Part shown: piece after piece, positions 41,081 to 56,931 of the stretch
Position numbering within the stretch: position 1 is the stretch's first letter
Layout of the letters: the number at the start of each line of letters is the position of its first letter
NCBI GenBank assembly: GCA_000165425.1
Contig: CT868651.1
Span: forward strand, 1 to 64,000
Direction of reading: 5' to 3'
DNA: 64,000 nucleotides
Source of the DNA: Paramecium tetraurelia
Taxonomy: Eukaryota
The notes under the pieces: model-generated
Seen by the model: the letters and a program-made list of their open reading frames with translations, nothing else
Databases searched by the model: none
What the model was told of the DNA's origin: nothing
Program-made: the position numbers and the translations under genes

Positions 41081-42103
41081 TTTAATATGTAACTTCTTAA
41101 GGGGTAAATTAATGATAAACTTCTAAGCGGCTCAAAAAAATATAATATACTTGTAATAAACAATCATAAATTTCAAACTTCATTCCTAATACTACATTGC
41201 TTATAAAAATAAAACAAACATTTTGATCTATAAAAGTATTTAAGCTTAATTAGTAAAAATAAATAAAAAGATCATCATATTCCTTCACATCAAAATAAAA
41301 GTGCATTGTTCCATAGTGTTCTAAATTGACTATTAATACAAAACACTTTCTCTCTATGATATTTACATTTTCCTCTTGAAGAATCCACTTACTATTATTT
41401 AACACAAAAATTCCATCATCCTCAGCCTATTCAAACTACTAATTAATAATTAATTTGATAAGTAATAGTGAGTTTTGTAAGAAATTATATACCAGAATAT
41501 TTCATAGTAATTTGCTTATTTAAATCACTTTGCATTATTATCATGATTAAGAAATTAATAATATGACAAATATACATTCAAGGTAAAATAGTTATTTATA
41601 GACTTTTCAACTTCTTTCTCTGTAATTTACCCTACTTATTCCTTTTACTTTATACATACCTCAATTTTATTATCACCTTTTGCAACAATATTCTTCAAAT
41701 TTCTTGAATGACTAAACACACTAATTGATTTTATTAAAAAAGGATAGTGTTTATAAAAGGTGATAGTTTCAGTATAAGATGACTGTAAAAAAGAAGAGGT
41801 GGCTTGAAAATAAAGAATGAGAGGTGCATAATTAAGATGAAAAATATTTTCAATAAAAAACCCAAATTTTCTTATATTTGATTTATATTTATAATTTAGA
41901 TTAGATTGTGTAGAAACAATTAATCATCCTGCGGAATGATGGGATCAAATACAATTAGAAATATTATATTAATAAAAATGTTTTTCCATTGGATGAAAAA
42001 AAGATGTGCAAATCAAAAATAAGAATTGCGTAGTTTGTCTATTATAAAATAAATATTTATTTATGAATTATTGCTAAACTTTTAATAAAAAAATTGATTT
42101 ATT

Positions 42104-43463
42104 ATGTTTAATCCTTTAAATCGTGCCAGGTCACCTTAGATGAATGGGTATCCAAATCAGATAAACCAAAATCCCCAATATGGTGGCAATCCATATCCAT
42201 TAACTGGACAATAATCCCCAATGAATTAACCTTTAGTATAAATGCATCTAAACTTAAGACCTAGAGATCTTTTCCTTATCAACAATATCCACAGAGTACT
42301 CCTCCAAAAGGTTATCCAACTCAATAGCCATAAAAGAGCAATCCGCCTTTCGCACAACAACCATCATATCCTCCTAGCTAACCATCGGTTTAGTCGATAC
42401 AAGTATATTAAACTTTGAATAAATAGCCTCCTCCACAATCACAACCACCACAACAGGTGCCCTAACAAAGCTACACCTAAATTCCTTAACGATCAATAAA
42501 ACAATTGCCACAGCAAACATTGGAGTCACAAAGATAACCCTATTCTCAGAATAACTTGTAGCCACAGTCATACGCACCCTCTCAAAGTTCTGGATTGGGT
42601 TTATCTGGTTTGAGGTAGACATATGTGCCTCCTACTTTTGTTCCTCTTCAACCTGTCATGACTGTAAGCATTATAGTTATTTAGACTGTGATATAACGAC
42701 CAATTGAATTCGTGGATTTAGAGAAGTTTGAAGAACTTTGGGATAAGAGAATGAAGGAATTAGAAGATAGAATTCGTCAATCTCAATAATAGCCTGAACC
42801 TTAAGTTGTTGAATTGAGAGCCTCAAATGACGAGGATAAGGATGCTTTGATAAAACAGTTACAGGATGAGCTGTACAAAGTTAGATGTGAAAATGACGAA
42901 AAAGATTAAACCATTTCTGATATGAAAATAGAGAATTAATTGTCTCTATAAGCTCTAAATAATTAGATCAAAAAGCTTAATAATGACAATAATGATTTGA
43001 AGTAAGAATTGGAGGCCTTGAGATAACAGAAATAGTTTTACAAATCGTAATGTGATGATAAGGATGAACATATTTAAAATCTGGAAGCAGAAATTGAAGA
43101 ACTTCGTTCACACATTGAAACATTGACTGAAGAGGTTACAACTAGTCAGTCTGTCAAGACTTATGAAGAAGAAGCCAAAATTTGGAGAACTAAATTTAAG
43201 GAGTTAAATGATACATATCATGCTTGTTAAGAGAAGTTGATTTTGACTGAAGCAGAATTGGATTTATTGAAGAGACCTTAAAGTTAGTAAAAAATTGTGA
43301 CTACATCCACTACAGTAGTAAAGAACAATGCTTAAACGAGTGGAGCTAAATCAGTAATCATATCAATTAATTACACTAGGACTCTGATTATCTTTCAAGC
43401 AGCCTAACTTAATAAGATGTTGAAAGAATTCAAAATTTATCAAAGAATATTCCATAGATTTGA
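42104..43463 (+). CDS. Pro/Gln-rich N-terminus plus coiled-coil protein (likely cortical/cytoskeletal)
   Basis: ATG 42104; PQ/YP-rich repeats then long heptads; three tiny introns; TGA 43461-43463. Confidence 0.85.
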
Positions 43464-43842
43464 TTATTTGCAAACAATTATTATATTAAAACACAAAATA
43501 TCATCTAAGCATTAATTCTTTTATTTATATAAATAGTAACTACTCCATCTAGATCTCATTGTCATAGGTAGCTATAAGATATTTTAGAATTTAAGAATAA
43601 TGTATTTTTAGTCTTTACTTTATAAAAATATAACTGCTATAATATAATATCATCAATTCATTTCAATTTTCTTTATAATCTATGATAAATACTAGATTGT
43701 GAGCTTAAGTTAGAATATGCCATTACTATTTTAAAATTTATAATAATTGAAACAATAAAAAAATTGCCATTTAGAAATTGAACATTATTGATTAATTTTT
43801 GATTTTATCTTTAAATTAAACAAATATTTAATTGAATAATCC

Positions 43843-44350
43843 ATGTTATCTAATAATATAGTCACTGTATACCTTTAATGCTTAATAAGGGTAATTAATA
43901 TTTTGCATAAACCTGACTGACCTGAAATTGAAAGACTGTATGTTATTTTAATTAAAATTTTCTTTTTTTATTACCAAATATATGACGTATAGTATAATTT
44001 ATACATAATCTTATTGCTTATTTGGAGTATCTCAACAGATGGTGTTGCGGATCTAAAGATATCTTAGATGTATTTGATAAAGTTAAAAACGAATGGAAAA
44101 AAGGAAGGAGTGTTATGAATTCTAAACTCCGTTTGATGATACTAATAATGTTATTTAAACTTGGGGAATTAGTTTGTGTTATAAATAGAGAAATTGCCAA
44201 CAATTTCTAACTTAATCGCGCAATTATTCAACTCAATCGTCAATTTATTGAATCTGTATTTAAAATAATAAGAAATTAAAAATTACAAACCTTGATATAT
44301 TTAAAGACAGCAAAGATTTAGGGTTTTAAATTGGGATACAAAATTTAATT
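43843..44350 (+). pseudogene. Degenerate remnant, possibly HTH-like
   Basis: Fragment RSVMNSKLRLMILIMLFKLGE...EIANNFQLNR; no intact spliced model from ATG 43843. Confidence 0.3.
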
Positions 44351-44379
44351 GATAATTATATATTATTAAGTAATATATT

Positions 44380-45156
44380 ATGGGTAATGGCTGTTCTGGC
44401 TAAAGAGAAATGACTGAAAGGTCTTATTCCTTAAGGCAACCTTCAATAACTTTAACTAGATTAACAGAATAAGAGAAGTTGATCACACTTGTTCCTGCAA
44501 GTCAATTAACTCAAATAGATTTGCCAAATGCATTGCTTCCATCCCCATCAAGACAGAGTATCTCTTTTGAGCCTTTATCAACTTCCAAAGTGAGAGTACC
44601 ATCAGAAGAGAGCTAGTTTCAGAATCAATTTGTCTAAACTAAAGAAGTTAAGTTAATAAAAAAGAAGCATGATTAACCATCTCGTCCTTAAATTTAAGTG
44701 CCTAAAAAAGAGCATAAAAAAAAGGAAGTATGTGAAATAACGCCTAAATATCACTCTTCAAGTCCAAAAAAAAAAAACAAATAAAAATCAACATCGCCAT
44801 TAGGAAACCAATAATATTAAAATTATGATAATAATAAAACTAATAAAAGCAATAGAAAAAAGTCATCCACAAGCCAATAGAAAATAAAATAAATTAATGA
44901 GATTGAAATAATTTCAAGAAGAAAATATTCCGATCTTCCACCAAGGACAGAAAAAACCTAGGTTAAAAGAAAGATTAGTAATTCAATTGATGATCATAAT
45001 TTTATTATTGGGACAGATTGTGTTTCAAAGGTGAAGTCATTTACGCCCAGTCCAATTTTGAAAAGAAGAGATTCCGATTGTGAGACGAACTCCTTTTAGA
45101 AAAAGATGGTGAGATTCAAAGACGTAAACTACAGAAGACCAGGTTTTGTTAATTGA
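44380..45156 (+). CDS. N-acylation-motif protein (MGNGC) with C-terminal PILK and KMVRF motifs
   Basis: Intronless 258-aa frame, ATG 44380 to TGA 45154-45156. Confidence 0.82.
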
Positions 45157-45222
45157 TTTTATGAGCATTTTCTTGATGATATTAAACAGTTAATGATATT
45201 CGATAAAGAAACAATCGATATT

Positions 45223-47234
45223 TCAAAGTAGTTGTTCCAATTATCCATAATTCATTTATCCTGGTTTCCTTTCTATCAGTAATTCAGGGGATGATGCTTT
45301 TTAAAACAATTTATAATCTGACCAATTTTCCATCGTTTTCGAAATCAATTATGAATATCCATGCAGACCGAAAAGAATGAATGAAGGCATTTACAACTAA
45401 GATTAAGGTGAATTGTTTACTTCTTCAGGCAATAATTACTCTTTTTGACCTGAGACAGACTTAAAATTTTGTTTAATTTCAGTAATACTTTATTTTAAGT
45501 ATTGTAATGCAATCTTATAGAAAGATTCATTCTCTGTAATGTCATTATTACAAAGGCATCCAATCAATTAATCTTTTTAGAATTCTTAAATATCAATTAT
45601 AAAAGATACCATTCTTAGATGCAAGTTTCAACACCTTTTCGAAATGTCTCATGTATTTGTCATTATATTCAGAGATTGCTTAACTAAATTTGCCATGAGA
45701 TTCGCTCTTCTTGTATCCTTCATAATCATCTAACTAAAAGATGTTAACCTATTTGTTTTCCTTATCCAAAATTGTTGCCAATTTGTTTATTTTTAAGGCT
45801 ATATTCTTACCCATCAAAAATAACAGTTTGTCTCTGATTTCCGTTGAAATTCCTTTGCAACTTGCGAGATTTTATGAGAATTTGTATAAGAATCTACAAA
45901 AATTGATTTAACTAAATAGAACTTCATTATTAGATTTGAATTCCAAACTAATAGATTTTTATTTCTAAACTGGAAGTGCTTATTCTTCAAAAGCACTAGT
46001 CTTAGTAATTTTTTGTGGTTGAAGTGCCTGCTATTAACTAGATGACCTCTAAATCTGCTCTTATAATTTCTTCTGTTTGGCTTCGTGTTGCTTCTTCTTC
46101 TCTTCAATTAATTGAGTCTTGTATTCCTTGATTGGAACCTCTTTGACTCCTTGACTTTGAGAGCGCTTAAACTTTTAAATTTATGAGGGCTCTGTTGGGA
46201 TGTTCAGATTCGTAATCTCTTCAAAGGGTTTCCTAGGTGGAGCCCTTTCAACAGGCGTTAAGGCTCTCTATTCGATTATTTCGTGATGAGCCATCTCTTT
46301 GACTCTTAATCGTTTGTTCTCGTCTACGGAGAGACATTTTCTGATGAAGTCCTTGGCCCTATCTGACACAGGGGGAGAAGAAGGAATCACCAAAGACTGA
46401 TGCATGATATTGGATATCAAGGCAGCTTCTGAGGAGGCATTGTACGGTGTTCTACCTAGAAATTAGGGTTAAGTGCATTACCATACAACATTTCAAAGAA
46501 CACAACTCCGATAGCCCAAACATCTCCTTTTTCAGTGTGGCCTTGTTGTCTCAATGCTTGTGGAGACATGTAAAGGGGAGTTCCTACATTGAAATTCTTC
46601 CCTTACAATCGAGCTTCATGAGCAGGCACAGCAAAACCAAAGTCAGCTAATTTTGGAAGATTCTTATCAATAAGAATGTTTGCTGGCTTGATGTCTCTAT
46701 GAATGTAGCCCTTCTGATTCATTTCATTGACAGCACTCACGACTGATTGCAGGATTCGGATTGCTTCGCTTTCATCAATTCTGCCCTTCTTCTTGATATA
46801 GTTGTTGAGATCTCCCTGAAGTACATATTACAATTAGAATTACCGAATCACAAAACTCAGTTATGATGTAAGTATTATTCTATGTTTAAAAGACATCGCA
46901 AAGTTTCATTATATTTTTACTATTGAATGCCTTCAAAGCATTTATTTCATTTTTTAGCAGTTGTGCATGAATTGATTATTTAACCATCTTCATGTCGATA
47001 ACCTTGATAATGAGTCACTCCTTACTTTAACGGCTACGGGCTCAAGGGTGTTTTCATCTCTTCCTTTGTAAACGCGACTGCTGAAGCCTCTGCCAATTTC
47101 ATCGTTGATTGCATAACTATAATGATCAATTGCCTTTCTAGTTTCACTCCCTCCTTTATTATGAGCTTGAGTAGATGACACTGAATACCGCGATTTTGAG
47201 GATAGGTGGGTAAATGAGGTCGAGTATGGAACAT
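45223..47234 (-). CDS. Ser/Thr protein kinase (ULK/CAMK-like ciliate group) with long C-terminal extension; one apparent frameshift near 47189
   Basis: IGRGFSSRVYKG, VAVK, HRDIKPANIL, ADFGFA, GTPLYMSPQ motifs; TGA 45223-45225. ATG 47234 is one base out of frame with the kinase. Confidence 0.88.
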
Positions 47235-47271
47235 ATTTGTATTTTGAAATAATAAAATTAACGATTAATTA

Positions 47272-47523
47272 ATGACTGGTGATCGTAATATTAATCGAAA
47301 ACATGTCAATTACAGGAAGGCAGGAAAAATCAAAAAGAAACTTCATAAATAATAGATCAAAAAGGCAGCTCTGTCAAATAAGACCATTTAACCCAAAAGC
47401 ATTGAGGACATGACCAAGAAAGACCGTAGAGAACTTGCAAAAAAATAAAAAAAATCAGATAAGAAATAGAAAAAACGTGAATTGAAAGAAGCTGCATAGA
47501 AAGAAATTGAGGAAGAAATGTGA
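47272..47523 (+). CDS. Small Lys-rich protein (83 aa), possible ribosome-biogenesis factor
   Basis: MTGDRNINRK...KKKLHK...MTKKDRRELAKK...EEEM-TGA, intronless. Confidence 0.75.
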
Positions 47524-48201
47524 AAACTTAAAAATATCATTTCTGTATAAACTCAATACATATTGATTATTAATCTACTAGTCTATTCCTCTGAATTCTT
47601 TTATGGAAATTACATAGGTTTTCGCTTAGATTGAAGTTAAATGGTTTGTAAATAATTTAAGTTTTATCTAAAAAAATTAAAATAATTTTAGTGTTCTTGA
47701 ATTAATCATAATCACTATGAATTTAGAGTTCCAGATCATTTATTCCTCATTACTTACATCTAATAAAGTCTTAATCATTAAATTATTACATTAATGAGTA
47801 TTTTATCCTTGATAGATCAAATAAAAAACTTATTGTTAAGTTGCAAATAATAGTTTAATTCTTATCTAATTATTACTAATTAATTAAAACTTAAAGCATT
47901 CTTTTTGTGCAATTTTAATAACAATGATATCTATTAATTTGAAAAGAAATGCTAATTTAGAATTATATTGAAAGAAAGATTTAGAAAGTCTACCTATTTA
48001 ATATTAAATAATTAATTTTTTACTCTTAATAATAATAAACTATCAAAAGTGATATTGATCTATAATAATTAGGGAAATGGAGGATAACTTATATTTAAAT
48101 CAAGATAATTAGCATTTCTCATGAAAGTCATCAAAATTACAATAGAGATATAAATAGATTTGACTTGAGGAAATAATTATTGATTTATATAAAGTTAGTA
48201 T

Positions 48202-48744
48202 TCAGTGATAAAACTTTTCTGTAATTTATTAACTTTTACGCAATGCTTCTTAAAATAATTGATCAATATTGGTGAGTTTTTTTTAATTTTCCTTAAGTTA
48301 AATGATAGGTTTTTTCTTGGTTTCTAGACTTGCTCTATTGATTTATAAGGGCATGTCCTTGGCTCTGAAACTAGGTTCGTTTTCTATAAAACTAAACAAT
48401 CTCACAGGCTACTAACTTTGCAGGGATTCTTGGATTGAGGATGTGACTGATTGGTCGTCCTGCCTAAAACTAGGAGAAGTTTGCCCCTTGTAACTGCTTA
48501 TAGTGGATTGTCGGGTTGTTTTTTTGTAGGAACTTCGTCTGTCTTTGGATCTGGCTCTGATTTGTTGTAGTGCATCTATGGAATGTTATGAACGTTGAAT
48601 GCATTAGTTAACAATGTCTGTTAAAATTTGATTGGATTTGACACATTATTATCTACCTCTGGGTTATTATTCTATCAATTAATTGTTTGATTTAATTAAT
48701 TCTGATTATCGACGAACAGTTGCCATTCTCATTGGGTCTAACAT
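48202..48744 (-). CDS. Hypothetical protein (180 aa)
   Basis: Intronless 543-nt frame MLDPMRMATVRR...EKFYH-TGA. Confidence 0.75.
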
Positions 48745-48864
48745 TATTAAAAATAATAATAATTTTTTATTGGAAATTTAATCACTTGTTTGTGGATGTA
48801 AAATAGAGGAAATCATTCAAAGAAGATAAAATATAATATATAATATTTGTTTGAAGAATCTTCA

Positions 48865-49992
48865 TCATTTGTTTAGCTTTTAATACCATTATGGAACCAA
48901 TTTGGAATAGAGTTCTGGTTTGATGCTTAATTCTTATTTATTGAAGTCGAAAAGATTGGGGGTCTTAAAATTTTGATTAGAGAATCCTTCTTTTCTGAGG
49001 TCATCAAAATATGGATGTAAAAGAGCATCAATGGGTTGGATTCTTGTTTTCGGTGAATATCTAAGATAAATGTATAGCTGAATACGTAAGCATTTGTGTA
49101 ATTAGATCTAAAAAGAGTGGTTCCGGTTTTTACTTTGCGAAGACTCGTGTCCAGGGATTCCCTCTGATAGTGGGCAATCTGACATCAGCCTTAGACGGAT
49201 TCATTTAATTGATGTCGTCTGGAGTGGGAGTGCCAAGAATCTTGATAATTTAAAGGAGTTAATCTTGAGCACTCTCTCCTGGAAATATTGGTTCAAGGAT
49301 GACCATCTCAGCAATCACACAACCGATTGACCACATATCGATCTGCGTATTGTAATCTGTGGCTCCAAAAATCAATTCCGGGGCTCGATAGTAACGTGAA
49401 CAGATATATGCAATGTTTGGTTCTCCGACAACAAGTCTTTTTGCTGAGCCAAAATCGCAGATTTTTAAAACATTGTTCTCCAAATTAACCAAGATATTTT
49501 AGGGTTTGATGTCCCTGTGACAAATCCCAATAGCTAGAGTGAAATATTTTCTCTAATACCCTGCAAGTAAAGTAATGCTCGTATCATCTAGTAACTGTAG
49601 AGCTTTATTAATGGAGCAGGAATGCTTTGCTTCTACTTACGCATTTATCTAATCATTTTTGAAAGTGTCTCAGGTACATATTCCATAACTAGATTTAGGT
49701 ACACATCTTATGGCTAGAGAATGAATGTGTGATTGACTTACATTTTCCCCTGGTGTGAAGAAGGAGTGTCTTAACATAACCACGCATGGATGATTCAATT
49801 CTTGAATGATAAGGTGCTCTCTGTTCTTATATCTTCTATCTTGGTACACCTTCTTTATTGCCACCTTCTCCTTAGTCCTGTTATCAGTAGCCTAATTACA
49901 TTCTTAACCAAATATACCAAATACACCATTCCAAATGTTCCAGTGCCTACTACTTATTCAAGGGTGAAGTCTTTATCTGATTATTATAACAT
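48865..49992 (-). CDS. GSK3: Glycogen synthase kinase 3 / shaggy-like kinase
   Basis: [55 protein letters not shown]; tiny introns. Confidence 0.96.
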
Positions 49993-50129
49993 TTAATAAT
50001 TTCATTAACAATAATTGATTATCCTATACTATAATTTTGTATACAACACATCTTAAAAAAAGGATGCCAAAATTCATCCCCATCTACATTGCCTTAATTT
50101 CTATTTCGTTCACATTATTAATCATTACA

Positions 50130-50735
50130 ATGTATAGCATCAAGTTCCCCACAGAATTAATTAAAAAGAAGGTTTACGAACATACAATCGCCTATAAATT
50201 TAAGTGGAGTAATGGCACCATATCTATTGAACCCATGAATTAATTGACACCTCAAATGCTTGAACTTGTGCATGAATATGAAATGCAGTAGTACCACCAA
50301 ATACATAAGAAAGTCAAACTTAATTCACATCAAATTTCCCCCAAATCTTCTAATAATTGCCTTCCAAACTCATTTACAGATTTCCAATAATCATCCTTGA
50401 TTAAAAAACAACAACCGTCTAGACTTACTAATAAGGCTCCTGTGAAGGCTCCCCAGAAAAGTATTAACAAATCTAATACAGTCCTACCCTAGGATATAAT
50501 CTAATAGAAAGAAGAATCTAACTCTAAGTTATATTTGAAAAAGACATTTACTAAACACTCTCACTTACCAAGACCTAATAAGTACTGTGTAATCAAGAAC
50601 ATAAGGAGAGAGAACGGAGATATTTACTTATAGATAACTGATGATTAGACAAAATGGATAAAATTGGAAGATCTGAAAAAAGATTCCCCAATTACTCTGT
50701 GTGATTATTTGCTGTCCAAAATAAGATTCAAATGA
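50130..50735 (+). CDS. HP1-like protein: divergent chromodomain, linker and chromo-shadow-like domain
   Basis: N-terminal FPTELIKKKV...YKFKWSNGTISIEPMNQL; C-terminal WIKLEDLKKDSPITLCDYLLSKIRF; 606-nt intronless frame. An in-frame upstream ATG at 50064 is an alternative start. Confidence 0.72.
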
Positions 50736-50856
50736 ATTAGATTCTAAAATTGTATGGCATTAGATAACTTCTTCAAAATGTATTTTTAGATATATATAGT
50801 AAGAATGCATTTATCTTAGAACAATCAATATTTATATATTTCAATATGTTATTAAA

Positions 50857-51596
50857 TCAGGTATGCTTATAATTCATTTCTGTTTATTTCATCTTTCTTA
50901 GTTTGAATTGGATAGGATTTCTGTGGAAGGGTTTTTCTTAATTGTATTGTATACGATACTCTGTTCTCACTTAATCACCTGAAAATAAAAATATCATTAT
51001 AACCATTCATGTTTTCATGAGGAATCCAACCAGATCCATCAAATTACATATGATTCTTCTGGAAACCGGAAGTTTTAGTTTAGCCTTATTAGGTTTCTAA
51101 ATATCTATCAGTCTTTCGAAATCTAGATTGATATCTAAATTTCTTACGTCGGAGCAACAAGATTTTAGGGCTTCTTGAAACCGTCTTGATAAGTAGTGAT
51201 CATTTTATCAATGTGAGTGCAAGGATGGTTTTTTAATAATGTTTGACAACCATATTTGTGTGAATATGCTTCCTTATGAGGATCAATCAACTCTTTAGCA
51301 TCAAAATTGAATCCTGTAGATGACAATCTATTGAACTTGCCCAATTTAGAATCTGCAAATGACTTTCTAGCTACTTCAGAGAATCTCTCTCCATATAGAT
51401 TTTCTGATTGCACATATGGCACATATCCTGCATATCCAGGCACAGCTGAATTCTTAGGCTCTTAAGGCAACTTAATCGATTAAGAATACTCCTTTACTTG
51501 TGTGTAATGATTGATGTAACTGGTCCTATAAAAGTTATTTTTGGACCATTCATGGAAAGTCTTCTCTTGAATTGGAGGTTGAGACTTGCTAGTCAT
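50857..51596 (-). CDS. FAM166/CIMIP2-like ciliary microtubule inner protein (PGYxGYxP motif)
   Basis: VPGYAGYVPYVQSENLYGERF motif; two tiny introns; ATG 51596, TGA 50857-50859. Confidence 0.8.
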
Positions 51597-51639
51597 TTTA
51601 ATTGATAAATAAATATATCAAATAATCATACTCTCTATT

Positions 51640-52300
51640 CAAATTAACATTCCTTCAGTAGTTCAATCCTCTTATACTATTAAAGTGTCTTGAAGTTCAT
51701 TACATTTGTGTGTAAAGTAGAGTATTTATCTATTTAAGTCCATTAATTTTATTCAGTTCACCATTTATTTTACCAATTCTCATTTGAGTTGATATGATTG
51801 AAGTCTTTCCTGATCTGACATGATTATTTAATCTAACTAAATTTCTAGAGCATTTATGAACTTAAATCGTTATCTTAAGAGTAAAAATAAATCAAATTAT
51901 ATATCCTTGCAATGTTCATCAAAATTATCCCCCAAAAAGTTTCTTTCAGATTTTCCAGAACATCTTCACTTTGAATTTAATAAATAATTAGCCATCTTAT
52001 AATGAATTTATTCAATTTTTCTTAATTGATTTTATCATCATAATTTTTAGCTTAAGTACTTTACCATGTATTAACTTTACATTTCTATCTAACAATAGTT
52101 TCTAATCGATTTGTTTAAAGAAATTGAGTAAATTAACTCCAAACTTATTTGAACTATTTTCATCATCATTAATAAATTCTAGTAGTTCATCTGCTTAAAT
52201 TCATACAATTAATCTAGATAAGAATTTCATAAATAATATCAATGAAGGTTTGCCAAATTAAAAACAAGGATGCAAAATCATTTTGAGAAAGTTATAGCTT
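51640..52300 (-). pseudogene. Degenerate coiled-coil gene remnant
   Basis: Coding-like heptad fragments with TGA stops in all frames at the 5' end. Confidence 0.35.
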
Positions 52301-52345
52301 ATGATATATAAATTAAAAATATTAACATAATAATAATTATAAATA

Positions 52346-54661
<2,316 letters not shown>

Positions 54662-54852
54662 TTAGAATATTAATAAATAAATTAATTTCGATTTTAATCA
54701 TCTTAATTTTTGTATATTTTTAGAATATTATGGATTATAAAAATGGTTATATCTTATTTTCATATCAAAATAAATATCTTGCAACATTTCAAGTGTGTAG
54801 TTAGTATTAGGACAACATAAATTAAAAGCACATAATTAATTTATTAAAAATA

Positions 54853-56904
54853 ATGATTGCTGCTGAAGAACTAGCTGAGGAATAACAGGAGCATAACAAT
54901 TAATTGATTCAAAACGGGAAGTCAACATTTAAGCCTCAGTTTCTCTCTAAATAGCAAAGGGAGGAATAAAAATAAAAATAGGAAGAATAGCAACATAAAT
55001 AATAAGTAGAAAAGCAATAATAGATTGCACAGATTCGCAAGGAATACATACATTTTAGAAGTAAAGTGATATCGAATAGCTTAGGTGATGATTAAAAAGT
55101 AAGGTAAATTTTGGAGAAAAGAAAATCAAAAAGTAGAAGCAGATCAAAAAGCAAGGAGAAAAACAATCGCTACATTACATCAAACACCAGAGCCACAGTG
55201 CCTGTGAAAATGGATGGGGAAAATCAAGAATTAATGCATATTAAAATGTAGTACTTGGGGTTGAATAAAGAGAAGAAAAAGATCTTAAAGCCCTCCGAGA
55301 AGTTTAAAAACATATTCAATTTTGAATGGGATGCCACAGAAGATACTTCAATTGATTTCAATCCACTCTACATGAATAGAATAATTGCGAGCGGTCTACA
55401 TTCTAAAGCCTAGGAGGACAAGGATCCTGATCAGTTGTTGTCCTCAGATCATTGGAGCAAGAAATCCTTAGGCCAAATGCAACCAAGAGATTGGAGAATA
55501 TTCAGAGAAGACATGGACATCATAATTAAAGGCGGTCGTGTTCCAAATCCTATAAGAGAATGGAATGAAGTCTAATTGCCTAAAAATTTAATGAATTCTA
55601 TTCGAAATTTAAACTATGTTAAGCCAACTCCAATTTAGATGCAGACCATTCCAATAGGTTTAGAGCGTAAAGATATGATCGGTATTGCTCCTACGGGAAG
55701 TGGTAAATCTGCTGCATTTTTAATTCCATTGATTACTTATTTGTCTACACTCCCCAAATAGGATGATAAGATATGTAAAGATGGACCATATGCTTTGATA
55801 ATGGCTCCAGCAAGAGAGTTGGCAATTTAGATTGAGGCTGAATTCTAGAAGCTATCCTAAGGATACAATTTGAGATCGTTTGTTATAGTGGGAGGAAGGA
55901 AGGAAGAAGAATAGGAGTTTCATTTGAAGAAAGGGATAGAAATTTTGATAGGAACACCAGGTAGAATCAAAGATCTTTTGATGAAGAAATACTTGGTGTT
56001 AGAATAATGCTCATGGATTGTGTTGGATGAGGCAGATAAAATGATTGATTTAGGATTTGAATAAGATGTGAATTACATCTTGGATTCAATTACTACATAG
56101 ATGAAATCAGAGGATGAAATAGCTGCTGAATTGGAGGAGAAGTTGGCTCAAGCAGGAGAAAGGTAGTATAGAGTGACTCATCTATTTTCAGCCACAATGC
56201 CTCCTCAGGTTGAGAAATTGGCAAAGAGATACTTGAGAGCATTTTGTTTTATTAGTATTGGAGAACCAGGCGGTGGTAAGAAGGATATTGAATAGAAGAT
56301 AGATATGATTAATGAGGCAGCTAAAAAGTAATTAAGATTATTAAGAGTAGAAATCGTCTCTTGTAGTTGTTAGCATCCAATAAACCTCCGATTATAATTT
56401 TTGCAAATCAAAAGAAGAGTGTTGAAATATTGAGTAAAACATTAGAGAAATATGGAGTAATGCTAATACAATAATTTAGTATAACTCTGTTGTGTATCAT
56501 GGAAGCAAAACGCAATAGCAAAGAGAAGCAGCTGTTGAAGGGTTCAAGTCTAAAAAGATTGATATTTTGATCGCCACAGATTTGGCATCTAGGGGTTTGC
56601 ATGTTGAAGGAGTTCAGATGGTTATAAATTTCGATGCTCCAAAAAATATTCAGGTACTTGTGTCAATAATCAAAAGGATTTCATTCATAGAACTGGTAGA
56701 ACAGGTAGGGCAGGGAAAAGAGGATTGGCTGTGACATTTCTTACTAATTCGGATTCAGATCTATTTTATGATCTAAAGGAGTATTTGATTAAAAGTGGGC
56801 AGAATGTTCCACCGGAGTTGGCTTAACATACGGCATCAAACCAAAAGCCTGGTTCTGTGCCTGATAATGTGCCTAGGAGAAAACAAGTAATTTTGGCGCA
56901 TTGA
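54853..56904 (+). CDS. DDX23: U5 snRNP DEAD-box helicase Prp28/DDX23
   Basis: [57 protein letters not shown] 56902-56904. Confidence 0.96.
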
Positions 56905-56931
56905 TAACATATGAAAAATTTGAATCATAGA

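Noticed and set aside
47560..48190. Possible minus-strand gene in an AT-rich stretch
   Set aside because: No consistent ATG-to-TGA spliced model or motif could be supported.
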